From Octopus vulgaris (Eukaryota), in contig OX597822.1 in assembly GCA_951406725.2 (NCBI GenBank), positions 59,706,001 through 59,770,000 of the forward strand: a stretch of 64,000 bases of DNA, in the 5' to 3' direction. The translations under genes were made by a program, and so were the position numbers. Each line of letters begins with the position of its first letter. Position 1 is the stretch's first letter. The notes under the pieces were generated by a model. That model saw only the letters and a program-made list of their open reading frames with translations. It was not told the DNA's origin and did not search any database. Shown in pieces: positions 39,658 through 54,153 of the stretch.

Positions 39658-40170
39658 ATTACGGTTGATCTTACCTATCAGTTTCGCACCTGATGTTCAA
39701 CGGAATGTTTGGTAACAGTCTGATTATGTAACTCTGCACTCATCAGAGGTAGCCGTTATTGAATAAAATATGGCGACTGTTCTCGTCTGTTGGAGGTGCA
39801 TAGGCACATCCAGTTTGCGGTTGCTGCGAAGAAGATGAAATGAATCGAGTAGGAGATTGCATTAAGAATTATGTCCCTTGATACCAAAACATCGTCTCTG
39901 TGGGTTGTTTTGGTGCAGGTCGGCAAGAGTTTTCTGGGAAAGAGTTCATGGGATATGTGTGCGTCTTTAAGATTCGTTTCATCATCTTTTTCACAACAAT
40001 CACAAACAGGATGTGTCTATGCACTTCCAACAAAAGAGAACAGTTGCCATACTTCATTCCGTAACGGCTATCTCTGTTGAGCGCAGGGTTACATAATCGG
40101 ACTGTAACCTAACACTCTGTTGAACTCCTAGTGCGAGACCGATTGGTAAGATCAGCCGCAATGGATATAT
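39651..40170. mobile_element. Older inverted-repeat element (~195-bp diverged arms), each arm with a decayed hammerhead
   Basis: Minus arm CUGAUGA-GUGC..GUGC-GAAA-CUGAUA. Plus arm CUGUUGA-GCGC..GUGC-GAGA-CCGAUU. Confidence 0.55.
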
Positions 40171-40492
40171 GATACAGTACACTTCGATTAATACACCCAC
40201 TGTACTGATAGATATATGAGTGCATTTCACCATGTTTTATGGACTCTTAGAAGGCTTACACACACCAACACACACGCATACACACAGACAAACTCACACA
40301 CACATATATGCGTGTATATATATTTGCATATATTACATATATGTATATATATATATATTTAGATATGTTTATGTGTATATGTATACATATATATATATAT
40401 ATATATGTGTGTATATATATACATACATATATATATACATACATACATATATATATAGATATACATATATATATACATATATGTATATATAC

Positions 40493-40561
<69 letters not shown>

Positions 40562-41169
40562 ATATATATATATATGTCGATATGCATATACATATACAAA
40601 TTTATTTACACGCTTGTCCACACACGCCATACTCCCACACATATGCACTCACGCACATACACAGGCTCACTCACACACACTCTCTCTTTCTCGCTTACAC
40701 ACACACACACATACATACACACAAGGAAAGATGTATGTGCGTGTGTATTAATATATTTGCATACCTGTACAACGACGTCTATAAAAGGGGTCGAAGCTAC
40801 TTCCACTTATGTTGTGATATATTCATACATGTGTTGATATGATTTGTATGGTTTCTAAGATGTCTAAGCATTTTACGATATATCTTAGTATGAACATGCG
40901 TTTTAGGAACTTTCTGCTTGTGATTTAATGTGTATATACATAATTTGTAAGTTGTATATAAATGTGTTGGAAGTTGTGTACACTATGCTTTAAGATTATC
41001 TCTATATGTTGGCGGAGATGTGGTTGTGCGGTAAGAAGCTTGCTTCGTAACCATATGGTTTCGGTTTCGCTCCTACTGTGTGACACATTGGGCAAATGTC
41101 CTCCGCTGTAGCTTCCGGCCGACAAAAGCCCTGTGAGTGGATGCAGAAACTGAAAAAAGCCTATATATA

Positions 41170-42284
41170 TAGGGTGATTGAAAAGTAATGCCCTATTTTA
41201 AGTTATTTATAATATATAAGTGGAGGCGCAGTGGCCCAATGGTTAGGGCAGCGGACTCGCAGTCAGAAGATCGCGGTTTCGATTCCCAGACTGGGCGTTG
41301 TGTGTGTTTATTGAGCGAAAACACCTAAAGCTCCACGAGGCTCTGGCAGGGGTGGTGACGACCCCTGTTGTACTCTTTTGCCCCAGCTTTCTCTCACTGC
41401 TTCTTCCTGTTTCTTGAGTAACGCTGCGATGGATTGGCGTCCCGTCCAGCTAAGGGGGGAACACATACGCCATCGAAACCGGGAAACCGGGCCCATGAGC
41501 TAGGCTAGGCTTGAAAAGGGCGCATAAATAAATAAAATATTAACTATAATCTTTTTCTTAAACTTGTTGTGTATGTTTTTATGGGATCTCTTTAAAAATA
41601 TCCTCTGGAGTGATGAAGCTGTATACCACATCAGTGGGTTTGTGAACCGTCACAACTGCCACTACTGGGCAGGAGAAGATCCTCGTATTACCTCTGCAAA
41701 AATGTAGACTCGGCCCAAGGTAACGGTATGGTGTGGAATGACTTCAGGCAGGACTGTGTGTCCTTTCATTCTTTGCAATACCACGAATACTGAAAGGGAC
41801 CTCACCATATTGCAAGATGAAATCTGACCAGTTATCAGGCGTTGAAAGAATATTGAAAATTTGATTTTTATGAAAGGTGACGCTCATCCACATTTTGCTA
41901 TTGGTATTTCGTGAATGGCTGAACGTCCACTTCCCTGGGAGATGAATGGGTCATCGAGGCCCGCATGATTGACCGGCAAGAGGCCCTGATTTAACACACT
42001 GCGTTTTTTTGGTAGGGTTGGCCAAAAAGTCTACTCTACCAAACCAATGATTTTGGAAGAACTTGAAGGGCGAATACGAGAAGTTATATCTTCCATCCCA
42101 CACGAATTTCTGATGAAATCCGTTGATGCGGTTCTCGGGCGGCTTGAAAAGCTGCTGGTGCCTATATCGAATTTTAAATAAAACTCCATACTATACGCTT
42201 TCTTCACATATTCATTCTATCTAAAAATTATAGTTAATAAATGATAAGTATTTTAAAGTAGGAAGTTACTTTTCAATCACCCTG
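41170..42284 (+). mobile_element. Tc1/mariner element (DD41D/rosa-like, tentative), inserted into a family A SINE and itself carrying a family C SINE
   Basis: TIRs (C)AGGGTGATTGAAAAGTAA with TA flanks. WSDEAVYHISGFVNRHNCHYW..KVTVWCG..PARGPDLT. SINE halves at 41010-41161 and 42295-42510. Confidence 0.85.
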
Positions 42285-42782
42285 TATATACGCGCGCGCG
42301 TGTCTTTATATCTTGTTTGTCCCCTGCCACCACTTGACAACCAGTGTTGGTGTGTTTACGTTCCCGTAGCTTAGCGGTTCGGCGAAAGTGACTGATAGAA
42401 TGAGATCCAGGTTGTAAAAAGTACTGGGGTCGGTTCATTCGACTAAAATTTCTTTAAGGCGGTACCCCAGCATGGCCGCAGTCTAATGACTGAAACAAGT
42501 AAAAGATGAAAAACAAAGATATGTTGCTTACAACAATTAAGTTTACTTTGTGTTGGGGTTAATGCTTTAAAAAACGAGAAGAGATAACTCAGTTTTTTAT
42601 CAAGTGGATTTTTGTTGGCCACTCTCGGATTGTCTAATCACAACCGAGTGTAGTAATTGAGATCTTTAAAAATTTTTAATATAGAATTTATTCTGATTGC
42701 TCATTATTGACCTTACCCAACTGATCAAGTCATCTAAAACACAAACGTTTTGACAATGTCTTGCCAGAATTATACTCTGAGT

Positions 42783-43060
42783 ATTTATTATATAAAATCC
42801 GTTCTTTCTGTCTGTGTGTGTCTTCTAGGATCTCAGGCATCCTCCATCCGATTGCATTCAAATTTGATTTGTAGATACCGACGGTATCATGACGTGTATG
42901 AGTCTTGAACATTTTACAAACATCGATTCCTGGTGAGAATGCGATCGATAAAGCCGTGGGAACGTGTATTTGTACGCGCAAGTACACCAGCTGTTGCGAT
43001 CGATACTACGCGTACGCGAGAAAAATACACGTGCAGTTTGCACAAAAAAAGCGGGCTGGC
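42783..43060 (+). mobile_element. Probable Helitron 5' fragment
   Basis: T(A)TTATATAAAA..CTGTCTGTGTGTGTC..CCGATTGCATTCAAATTTG resembles Helitron-N starts. No CTAG end found. Confidence 0.35.
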
Positions 43061-45765
43061 TTGAAATAATGCCACAAAATGGGACGGTCGGACAAGTTGT
43101 TTTGAGAAAATTTGGTTTAAATGTTTGACAACTCAGCACCGTCCATTGGAGGAGGGGCGTTTTGCTCGTACTTAATAAGCTCGCACCTTCAGGCTAAGCT
43201 GACAGTGAAAACAGAAAGAGCAGACAATGCTGTCGTTGATAGTGTTTGTGTTGCTGTTATTACAGTTGTTGCTGTTGAAGCCCAAGTTAGCCTTAATGAA
43301 GGAGACACATTCACCAATTGCATTCAGTCACCATCCACTTTTGCTTGATTGTTTTTGTGTTTTTACTTCAGATTTAGTTTTTCAGAAATACATAATCATA
43401 TGTGTTGTAACTTTTAAAGCCAGTAGATTGTAATTTGATGGAGGTTGCTTATTCTAGCTGTATTAGTAAGCATGTAATGACTCTCCTTGTTTGGTGCTTA
43501 TTATGCGTTTATGTTATTTATATCAAAACTAAATCTGTCGATTTCTAATTTGGAAATGTTGTTTACAGGTGTTAATACTGCTGCCCATAGCAGTTTTTCT
43601 CTTTCTGTTTGCTTGGCCTATCAAGTAGCTGCTCTCATTTTATTCACAACTATTTCTTTGCTAACAGGTCTACATTTTTTATTCTTGCTTTTGTCTCGGC
43701 TGACCACAATTCTGACAATAGACATGTGAATTAACAGTTGTTTTGTCATACATAAATATAGGTTGTATAATTTGCATTACAATTGATTCAAAGTTTGAAG
43801 CTATTAGAAAATTACCACTATACTAATTGTCTATACATTGACCTCCATACAACATATATTAGCATTCAGAAATATTGTTTTCGGGTGACGTGGTTGGTTG
43901 CTTCTTATACTTTTTCTAAGTATTCTTAGATTTTAAAGATGGAAATATTTGAATACGATTAATTATCTTCACGTTCTGTTATTGCTTTTGTTTTGTCGTG
44001 GATCAAATCTAATCGAGAATACCAGTGAATTTTTTTTTTTTAAGTATGGTGCATTAATGAGAACCATTATTCAATGTGTCGGACAATTTTTAGTTGAGAG
44101 GCTGTTATTTACAGGATATTTATCTACCATTTCTATTAAATCCCCTGTCACTATCTCAGTAATGTTCCTTTTGAAGACATGGTGGGAAACAGATGCAAAA
44201 GGGAAAAATTTGAAGTGAGATTCATTTCTGAGCCGTTTAGTGATTTTTATTTGAGACTTACTAGGTTTTGTATGTCAATGTTGTATTAAGTGTTTTATCT
44301 ATCTATATGAAAATATCTATTGTGAATACAGTTTCCGATTATTGTTTATTTAATTTAGAAATCTAATATATTCTTACGATCAGTTTATTTTAATAAACAA
44401 ACATATAGCCATGGAATTCTACGAAATTCAGCAGAAGCCTTTTTTCCTTTATATATTCAATATTAGATTTTCTAGAAATTTATCATTATTTAAATACTTA
44501 CTTTAATATTCACTTTATATATTGATTCTTGCTGTGGGACTATTAATGTTTGCTAGTTATCAAAGCAATACCCGTCTATTCATGTTTTTTCTCTAGGAAG
44601 CTAATATTTTCACTAATTTTTGACCAGTATTCTATAGCTTTTCTAAGAATAAAGGAAAGGGTACTTTTCGGCATATTCAATATATAACACTGCATTCATT
44701 CACATGTTGGTATTGCTTATTAATTATATTGAAAATAATAGAAGGGTGTCAGCTTGAAATCTTCGCACTAGCAAGCCTTGGCTTTCTTTTTAACAATGTT
44801 TGCCCAAGTCGCTAAATCTTGTGTGTTATTTTTCTTCAATGTTTGTTTTACCTGTCTAAACTACAATCCTTTTCCACTAACAGCTTTCTGTTTGTAAAAG
44901 GTGCGACAACTTGTGGATCAGGCTACAGGAAATTTAAACCTGACTCTGCGTACCAGCTCCGACTAGCTTTGTCGTAAAGTATTCAACTAACAAATGACAT
45001 ATATCGTTTCTGTTTGTAGCTTTCTTTCATTGCAGCATCTCAGATTTACAAAAATGTTTATTTTTGTAATTTGTTTGTTGATCTATTCTTACATTTTTTT
45101 CTATCATAGTTCACCATATACAGTTGTAGCTATTTAGATGAGTCATAATGATTAACGAGCAATTTGATGACACCCAACATTTTTTAAATCCCAACACTTC
45201 TTACTGTCGTTATTTTCTGTAAACGTCTTCAAATTATTTGATTGTTGGTGGCGGTGTGGTTTAGCCATGGGTTTACCATAAGCGAGCAGACATAATAATC
45301 AAAAGCAATCCAGCATCAACTGCACCATATCTTCTATATCTTACATTATTCAATACGATTTCCCCCTTTATAGACATTAGTTTCGTGGGTTTATTACTTT
45401 TAGTAAACCGAACGATGATATCAAGTTGTCCACATTAGGTAAGCGATTAGGGATGCTTGCTTCCGAAAATTTTAGATATCAAAAGATTGATATATTTCAC
45501 TGAAAATATTTGAATGCTGTATGATTTTGATCAAGGCGACAGGTATATATCTCGTTAATCTTACAAAGCTATAGTTTATTTTATAAGCTTAATAACTTAT
45601 AGTGATTTCTAATAGACAACATTTCCTATTTTAGGCAATATATCCGATTATATTGACCCAAGTATTTAATAGATATTTATTTTACTGAGTCCACAATCAA
45701 GAACATAATATGACGTCATTTCGAAAAAAAAAACGTTTTCCGCCGCTCTAAGTATTCCACCATTC

Positions 45766-45808
<43 letters not shown>

Positions 45809-46066
45809 TATACACATATATACATATATATGTATACATATTTGTACATATATATATATGTATATATATATATATATGTATATAAATATATGCTTGTATA
45901 TTTAAATGTATATATATGTATATATATGTAAGTATATATATGTGTGTGTATGTGTGTGTGTATAGGTATGAATATATATATATATATATACATGTATATA
46001 TATAGATATATAGATATATTTTTATATATGTATGTATGTATATATATATATATATATGTAAACTCT

Positions 46067-46115
<49 letters not shown>

Positions 46116-46390
46116 GATCATCATCATCATCGTTTACCCAACTCATCAAGTCATCTGAAACTTTAACGATTAGGATTATGTCATACAATCCAATTATAAT
46201 GTTAAATATTAATTTTTAAGGTAAAAATAGATAGAAAATGTATTTATCTATTAAGATATAAAATGGCTATAAAAACCTAATAAACTCACGAATAACCTAA
46301 TCTCAGTTATATTCAATATCTAATTACCAAATTATTTAACAAAAAATTATTTGATTTGCCTCTTAGTGGTTTTATCTCTAATTTAATTTA

Positions 46391-47305
46391 TAAACTTAGG
46401 TAAACTTAGATATGTTTCGACCATAGATTGGTCCAGGCCATGTCTAACTTAATAGCACCACCTGATAGGATCATTTGAATCCTGTTTAAGTCAAGTTTTG
46501 TTTATGGTCCATTCAAGTAGTGAGTTTTTGTTGGGTGAGTTGTATCCAATTATGGGTGGCTTATCTGGTATTCCTTGAAGGAATCTATCCAGACTCCGTT
46601 TAAAGTTGATGGGATCCTTTTCCTCTTTGATCTCTTTCGGGACAATGTTAAATAGGGCAGGGCCTGTTGAGGAAAAGAAATTATGTTGCAGTGTACATGT
46701 ATGCTGTGATCTTGAATTGGGCAGGGGACGTATGGCCCGTGGTCCCAGTCTTGGATGAACCTTGAAGCTAATGTTCAGGTCGTTTGGGCAAAGTTGGCGG
46801 TATATTCTCCACATCGTACAAATGATGTACCGCTCACAGCGACGCTGGAGAGAGTAGAGTTTCAAGGCTTTAAGGTGATCCCAATAATCGAGAGCAGCCA
46901 TGCCTTCAATTCGTTTAGTGAGTGCCCTCTGGGGTGATTCAATCCTCGAGATATTTTGTCTTTTATGGGGAGACCACAGTGGGCAGCAGTATTCGAGGTG
47001 TGGCCGTACAAAGGGGGAGAAAATTGGTATGATGACACCTTGTTCTCTTGACCGGAAGGTTCTTAAGATCCAGGAACTCATCCTACGAGCTATATCGACC
47101 TTCTTGTTGATGTGTGCACTCCAACTGAGATCGTCATCAACAATTACAGCCAGGTCTCTGATATTGTTAGAGGCTGTGAGCGGTTCCCCTGAAGGAAGAG
47201 AGTATGGCTGTTTTAGTGAGGAATTTCTTCCAAAATGCATCAGCTCAAATTTTCCCTCGTTCAGTTGCATTTTGTTTCTGTCTGCCCATTGTCTCACAGC
47301 ATATT
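46391..47305 (-). mobile_element. 5'-truncated CR1/L2-type LINE, second family
   Basis: WADRNKMQLN, FVRPHLEYCCPLWSP, LYSLQRR, FKRSLDRFL..PD. 3' short repeats. Confidence 0.92.
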
Positions 47306-47307
47306 GA

Positions 47308-47500
47308 TCTTGAGATCGCTCTGATCCGGCCAGCCCCAAGGAAAAACTAAGCTACGAGCATTAGATTTCTTGGAAAAAGGATCGAATGTATACGAACAAG
47401 GACAGAAAAACGGACGATGTCACGCGAATATAATTACAAAAAACAATAATAGTAATAACAGGACAAAAACAGCGGGTGTCTTACGACTAAAGACAGTACA
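47308..47500. repeat. Unclassified interspersed repeat (second copy about 52700-53030)
   Basis: Shared GGCCAGCCCCAAGGAAAAA..CATCGAATGTATAC..GACGATGT. Confidence 0.7.
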
Positions 47501-47507
47501 ACTTATA

Positions 47508-47553
<46 letters not shown>

Positions 47554-48197
47554 GAGAGAGATGTATGTATGTATGTATGCATGTATGTACATATGCATGG
47601 GCGTTAGGTAAGTGCTGTCTATTATAGTACTGGGCCGGCCAATGCCTTCTGAGTGAGTGAATTTAGTAGCCGGAAATCGCGATAAAGACCGTCATATATA
47701 TATATATATATATGAACGCGTGCGAGCGTTGTGTGTGTTTATGTCTCCGACAACTGGTGTTGGCTTGTTTACGTCACAGTAACTTAGCGCTTCGGCAATC
47801 GCACGAGAAAATAATTACCAGGCTTTAAAAACAAGTACCGGAGTTCAAGGCAGAAACAAATAAAATATATGGGATTACAAAGGTTGTTTATGGTAGATTA
47901 CTAAGGTTGTTTATGGTCGTTTATAGTAGTCACCCATGCATACCAACCAGGGGAAAGGCAAAGGCCGATGCAGCTTGGCACCAGTGATGTGGCAACAGTT
48001 GAGTGAACTAGAGTAACGTGAAATAAAGTGTTTCCTCATGAACACTACACGCCGCCCGGTCAGGGAATAGAGCTCACTACCTCATGATTGTGAACCCGAC
48101 GCTCTATATGCATGACTATAAATTTATAAATGTATATATGTGATGTGCGTGTATGTGCGTGTGTGCGTGAGCGAGCGTGTGCGTGTAAATACATGCA

Positions 48198-48239
<42 letters not shown>

Positions 48240-48368
48240 TATAATGAGGGATTATTATACGCATGTATTACAATTTTCTGAATGTTCAAATTTTTCTATA
48301 TGCTAGGCTACTGGTTTTAAATTGATCTTAATTAAATTAATATTCAATTTATCACCCTCATTATTTAA

Positions 48369-48430
<62 letters not shown>

Positions 48431-48433
<3 letters not shown>

Positions 48434-48640
48434 CAATACTGAAGGGAAAAGAAAATGGAGAAAAACTGGCTATATGAATAATTTATTCGTATGTTATAAA
48501 AGGATGAAAATTTTCTATTAAAAGAACATAACAGTACTACTGAATTGATTACAAGTTGTAAAGCTCAAAATATAAAATAAATGAACCTACATATATGTTT
48601 CAGTCCTATCAACTAGTTGATCAGAAGTTCTAAGCATCTT
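48431..48640. repeat. Unclassified AT-rich repeat (second copy 49515-49722)
   Basis: Shared ATATGAATAATTTAT..CATAACAGTAC..GTTTCAGT.CTATCA.CTAG.TGATCAGAAGTT. Confidence 0.65.
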
Positions 48641-49303
48641 GGTCATAGACATTTGGTCATACAACGCTTAATTTTCAAAATTTCATCTATCCTCTATTCT
48701 GATTATGTCACATATTGCTACTTCTCTATACCTTTCCACAACTTTGTCTATTAACAAACCAATAAGAAAAAATATATAGGTTTTTATATTTATTTTATCT
48801 TATTTTATGTTTTTACTTTAATGTTTTGTTTTATCTTTTTAATTTCATTAATCTTTTTATTTTTCATGCATATTTTGTTTATTTGTCATCTTATTATTAT
48901 TTTTTGTTTATTTATTTGTCTTATTATTATGGTATATTCATGAATATTTAGAATCTATCACTTAGATACACTTACTATATATAGCATTAAACTTCTTATA
49001 ACACACTAATACTCTGTATGTATCCTTCAAAAGAAAAATGATAACCTAAGTTCCATAAGCTCATAATTAATCCTGAAGAAACCTTACCCCCGTATATTTA
49101 GAATTTGATATCTTCATTCAGTTTCCGTCTACCAAGGCTTTGGTCGACCTGAGGCTGTGGTAGAAGTACTTTACTTACCAACCACATGATTCTAGGTTCA
49201 GTCCCATTGTGTGACACTTTGGGCAAGTGTCTTCTACTACAGCCTCGGGTCGACCAAAGCCTTGTGAGTGGATTTGGTAGACGGAAACTGAATGAAGCCC
49301 GTC

Positions 49304-49359
<56 letters not shown>

Positions 49360-49767
49360 GTATATATGTATGTATATGTATATATATATATACATTATGC
49401 GATGAAGTTATATCCTCATTAGAGATTATATAATCCAATTATTCCTGTGACTAATTCCTTTCTTATTATGCGAAAGTGACTGTTATATGTTAGAGATTAT
49501 TGAAATTATATACTATCAATATTGAAGGAAAGAGACAATAGAGAAAAAAATGGATATATGAATAATTTATTTTTATGTTATAAAATTATGAAAATTTCTT
49601 TTAAAAAAGCATAACAGTACAAATAAATTGATTAAAAGATTGTAAAACTCAAAAATAAAAAATGAAGTATCTTACATATTCGTTTCAGTTCTATCACCTA
49701 GCTGATCAGAAGTTGTAAGCATTTGTTTAAATGCTAAGAAAGGTATCACATTCTACACACAACTACT

Positions 49768-49800
<33 letters not shown>

Positions 49801-49820
49801 CAAGTACTTACACACAGCCA

Positions 49821-49862
<42 letters not shown>

Positions 49863-49919
49863 TGGCTGTGTGGTATATATATATATATATATAAGAGTGG
49901 CTGTGTGGTAAGTACTTTG

Positions 49920-49963
<44 letters not shown>

Positions 49964-50114
49964 AGTGGCTGTGTGGTAAGTACTTTGCTTACCAACCACA
50001 TGGTTCTAGGTTCAGTCTCATTGTGTGGCACTTTGGGCAGGTGTCTTCTACTACAGCCTCGGGTCGACCAAAGTGAGTTGATTTGGTAGACGGAAACTGA
50101 AAGAAGCCCGTCGT

Positions 50115-50200
<86 letters not shown>

Positions 50201-53074
50201 ATATATAAATATATGTATCTATATTTGTGTGTGTTTGTCCCCCAACATTGCTTGAAAACCGACGCGGGTGTGTTTACATCCCCGTAACTTAGCGGCTCGG
50301 CGAAAGGGACCGATAATATAAGTACTAGACGTACAAAGAATAAGTCCTGGCGGCGATCTGCTCAACTAAAGGCGGTGCTCCAGCATGGCCGCAGTCAAAT
50401 GATTGAAATTAACAATAAAAGCATGCATGTATATGTGTATGTAAGTATACATGTGCGTGTGCAATTGAAGCTTACACAAAGTTATCGTTTCCCAAATTTC
50501 GCTCACAGGACATATATCAATCAGTAACTTTGCAGAAGATACTAGTACAATATTCCATGAACTAGAGTTATATCGTAAACAACATAGCTGCGAAGTGAAC
50601 TATTTTAAAAGACAGCATTGAAGCTTACAACACTAATAACTCTGATTTTCGGTTCAATTATATCTGACATTTTAAAGGCGAAATAGAGATAGAAACCTAT
50701 ACTTTGCTGGTTGCTCTCGTTAAAGATTGCATATAGTCTACCTTTTTGTGTTTTATCTTATATTTTTAAAGTATCAACTCGGTTTATTGTCTAAAATCAG
50801 TGTGTTTTAAGTTCTTTATTCGTTTACCTTCGTTGATATTTCTTCGAAATGCGGCTACTTATTTCATTAACACTAGTTTCAACAACTGACTGGCTAACAG
50901 TTTCCTCGGTCTATTTGTTCTCATGTTATTACAAATACCTCCACTCTTCTCTAGCTTTCTGAATGTCAACTGTTTCTACTGAAATACTGTTGAAACACTC
51001 AACTGTCTCTGTCTCAATCTCTCTTTCTGTCTGTCTGCCTGTCAGCCTGTCTGCTTGTATTTTTGTCTCTCCGTTTGTCTGTCAATCCGTCTCTTTCTTT
51101 CTCTCTCTCACTCTTTTTATCTTTGTCTCTTTCTCTCTCTCTATCTCTATCTCTCACTATCTCATACCCATATTAAATATTGATTTATCCTGTCTTTCTT
51201 CCTTTCTGCCTCTTCCTCCATCTCTCCCTCTCTTCCGAGGATTACAACTACCAAGAAACTCGTCCTTTAACCTTCAAATAACAAGCTCTATATCATTACA
51301 AACTTTCAAGTAATTGATCTATATATTTATCATCTGTATCATATTTGCTTCTTTTTTCCCCCTCATTATATCAAAGAATACCTTTTCATCTTCTTGACAA
51401 ATTAGTGAAAAAAAAAAAACAACCCTTGAAAGGACTGCTAAATAATTCATTATTCTCAATCAAAAGTCCTCACATTTATTTCAGATGGGATCTTTGACGC
51501 TTCAACGAAATATAAATAGCTAGCAATATTTTGACCATAGGAATATTTCTTCTGCTAAAACACTTGATCATATGCCCTTTTAATCAGACAAATTATTTTA
51601 TGTATTCACTGTTTTCAATATAACTATAATAACCTTGATTAGGTTTGTCAAATCCTGGACAAGGTTTTTCATTTCAATCAATAAATTCTTTACATCAGAC
51701 TCATGAGCTATCCAACTTCTATTATTATTATTCTGTTCACATACAGTATACTTTATAAGAATATGCAAGACTTCTACACACTATATCCTTTTCCTATATC
51801 TTGGATTATCAAATTTGTTCTTTAGAATTTATCAAATAGTCCCTTTAATTCAATACATTTCTTCTGTCTTCTTCCTCAAAAACAAGATCTGATTCATTAG
51901 TTTGTGCGTAATCACATGGCACACAAACATAATATATTTACTGCTATTTTTATTTGCAAGTCACTAGTTGTCAACAAAGGACCACAAATCCCAAATTGAT
52001 TATCTTATTTTTCAATTGCATCATACCAACTATCCCACTATAACTGGTTTAGCTAGTTGTCATTTATAGATTTTCAATTGTCCCCACCTAAATTACTTGA
52101 TGTCACTTTAATTACGTTCATTCGTCTCTGTTTTGAGGAGTAGTCTCTGTAGAATTCAACAAAACACTTTTGATCAACAAATCTCTTCTACCTGGTTTCT
52201 TTCTTTTTTTATGTACCACCACACTTGGTAAAAGGTTTATTATTCATTAGTACCAGTAGGTTATCGATCAAAAATTTTACATGTAACTATAATAATTAAA
52301 TATTCTATACAGTAAAATAAACTTGTTTCCAATAAACACGAGGAAGCATAGAAAATCATGATCGGAATTAGCAGAGAATTTGATTAAATCGTTGCCTTAA
52401 AATGGTTTTTTTTTTTCTGAGCAGAAGTTATTTCTGAACAGCAATTAACTATGCTTAACTGAAAAATGTCTTACACGATATATTATTCGCAAATACAAGA
52501 GGTGGTAGTCTTCACTGATTCGAATCAACTTCCCACAGTTTTACAGTCTTTAACTTCAGTTCATTTCGTTTTAATTCTTTCTTCGTTACTTTTACAGATA
52601 TCTCGCCAAACCCCTTTCATTATATCACCATTAATCACACTCATTCTACGTTCCATCATTTCTAACTGTTTCACCTCAGGTGATACAAAAAGGGACAACA
52701 AAACATCCAGATAGACGATACAAAAAAACACGGACGGGTCACTCGAAGCCTTTTATCTTCAGTCAAGAACCGGATCATCCTCGCAATTTCGGCTGATTAA
52801 TCTTCAGATTGCTCCAATCTGGCCAGCCCCAAGGAAAAAACTAAACTAAGAATATTAGATTCCTTGGAAAAAAGCATCGAATGTATACTAAACAAGGACT
52901 GAAAAACAGACGATGTAACACGAATGTAAATACAAAGATGCAATAAAAAACAATAATAATAATAATAATAATAATAGGACATAACAACAGGCATCTTTCG
53001 ACTGGGAACGAATTGAATTCACTTGGCGTGTATGGAAATTGGCGTTCGATCATATAATAATATAAATGATATAT

Positions 53075-53510
53075 AAATATATGCATATATACATACATAT
53101 ATGTACAAACCTACATATATATATATATGTATATATACATGCATATATGGGTATAGGATATCAAAAGAATGTAGACAAATGAGAAACGAGAACATAAATA
53201 GCAAGAACATAGAAAATGAACTTTTTTTTTCGAACAAAGAGAGAAACAAACAGGGAAAGGAGGCCGGCAACGCGGAATAGATAAAACAGGGGACAACTGA
53301 TGAAAGGAATGTTCTTTATATTGCCTGTCTCGTTTCTCTGTTTGTTTCTTTCGTTGTTCAAAAAAAAAGGTTCGTTTTCTATGTTTTTCTTCTCATGTTC
53401 TCCTTTCTCATTTTGCCTACTTTTTTTCATGTCCTGTACCCATATATGCATGTATATATATACATATATATGTAGGTATGTACATATATGTATATATATA
53501 TGCATATATT
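53075..53510. repeat. Diverged inverted repeat (~200-bp arms)
   Basis: CATGCATATATGGGTA.AGGA..GAACATAGAAAA.GAAC versus its inverse at 53320-53510. Confidence 0.7.
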
Positions 53511-53772
53511 TATATATTACTTATATTATCATATATATATGTACACACACACACACACACATACACATATATGGTTTAGCTTAGTACGAGATGTGTGAGG
53601 TGAAACAGTTACTGAAAATTACTGGAATTTGGTGGTGAGCTGAAATTTCTGCATATTAAAATCTAGATTAATAAAAATAATTGAAACGGTCTGAATAACA
53701 GAATATGTTTAAGACAATGAAGTGAATTCTAGCGATGATCTTTCTTCGAAGAGAAACAATGTTGGCTTTATC

Positions 53773-53831
<59 letters not shown>

Positions 53832-54122
53832 ATGTATGTATGTACATATATATATAAGTATATAGCATATATCTATTCATATACATACAAACAAAAAATA
53901 CATACACGCATATATATATATACATACATACATGTATGTATGTATGTATGTATGTATGTATGTATGTATATGCTTGTGTGTGAATACTGTTTTTTGTCTA
54001 AAAATTACTCTATCACACATTCTGCCGAATAGCTAAGTTACTAGGGCGTATTTAAACCGAAACCTGTAGTCAAGTGAGGTAACAGAAACAACGACGTATG
54101 TGTATGTGTGTGTGTGTGTGTG

Positions 54123-54153
<31 letters not shown>

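Noticed and set aside
41222-41295. tRNA-like sequences, and CRISPR-like periodicity in general
   Set aside because: The tRNA-like heads continue into SINE bodies. No repeat-spacer array exists in this eukaryotic window.
44901-44966. VRQLVDQATGNLNL resembling a PIKK FATC domain
   Set aside because: Lacks the conserved terminal aromatic/W residues, and no other exons were found
48585-48630. GAAACAUAUA with upstream CUGAUCA on the minus strand
   Set aside because: Core mismatch and no stem I. At best a highly decayed hammerhead.
52740-52815. Two CUGAAGA boxes and a GAAA on the minus strand
   Set aside because: Stems do not close properly, and the first box is not conserved in the 47308 copy
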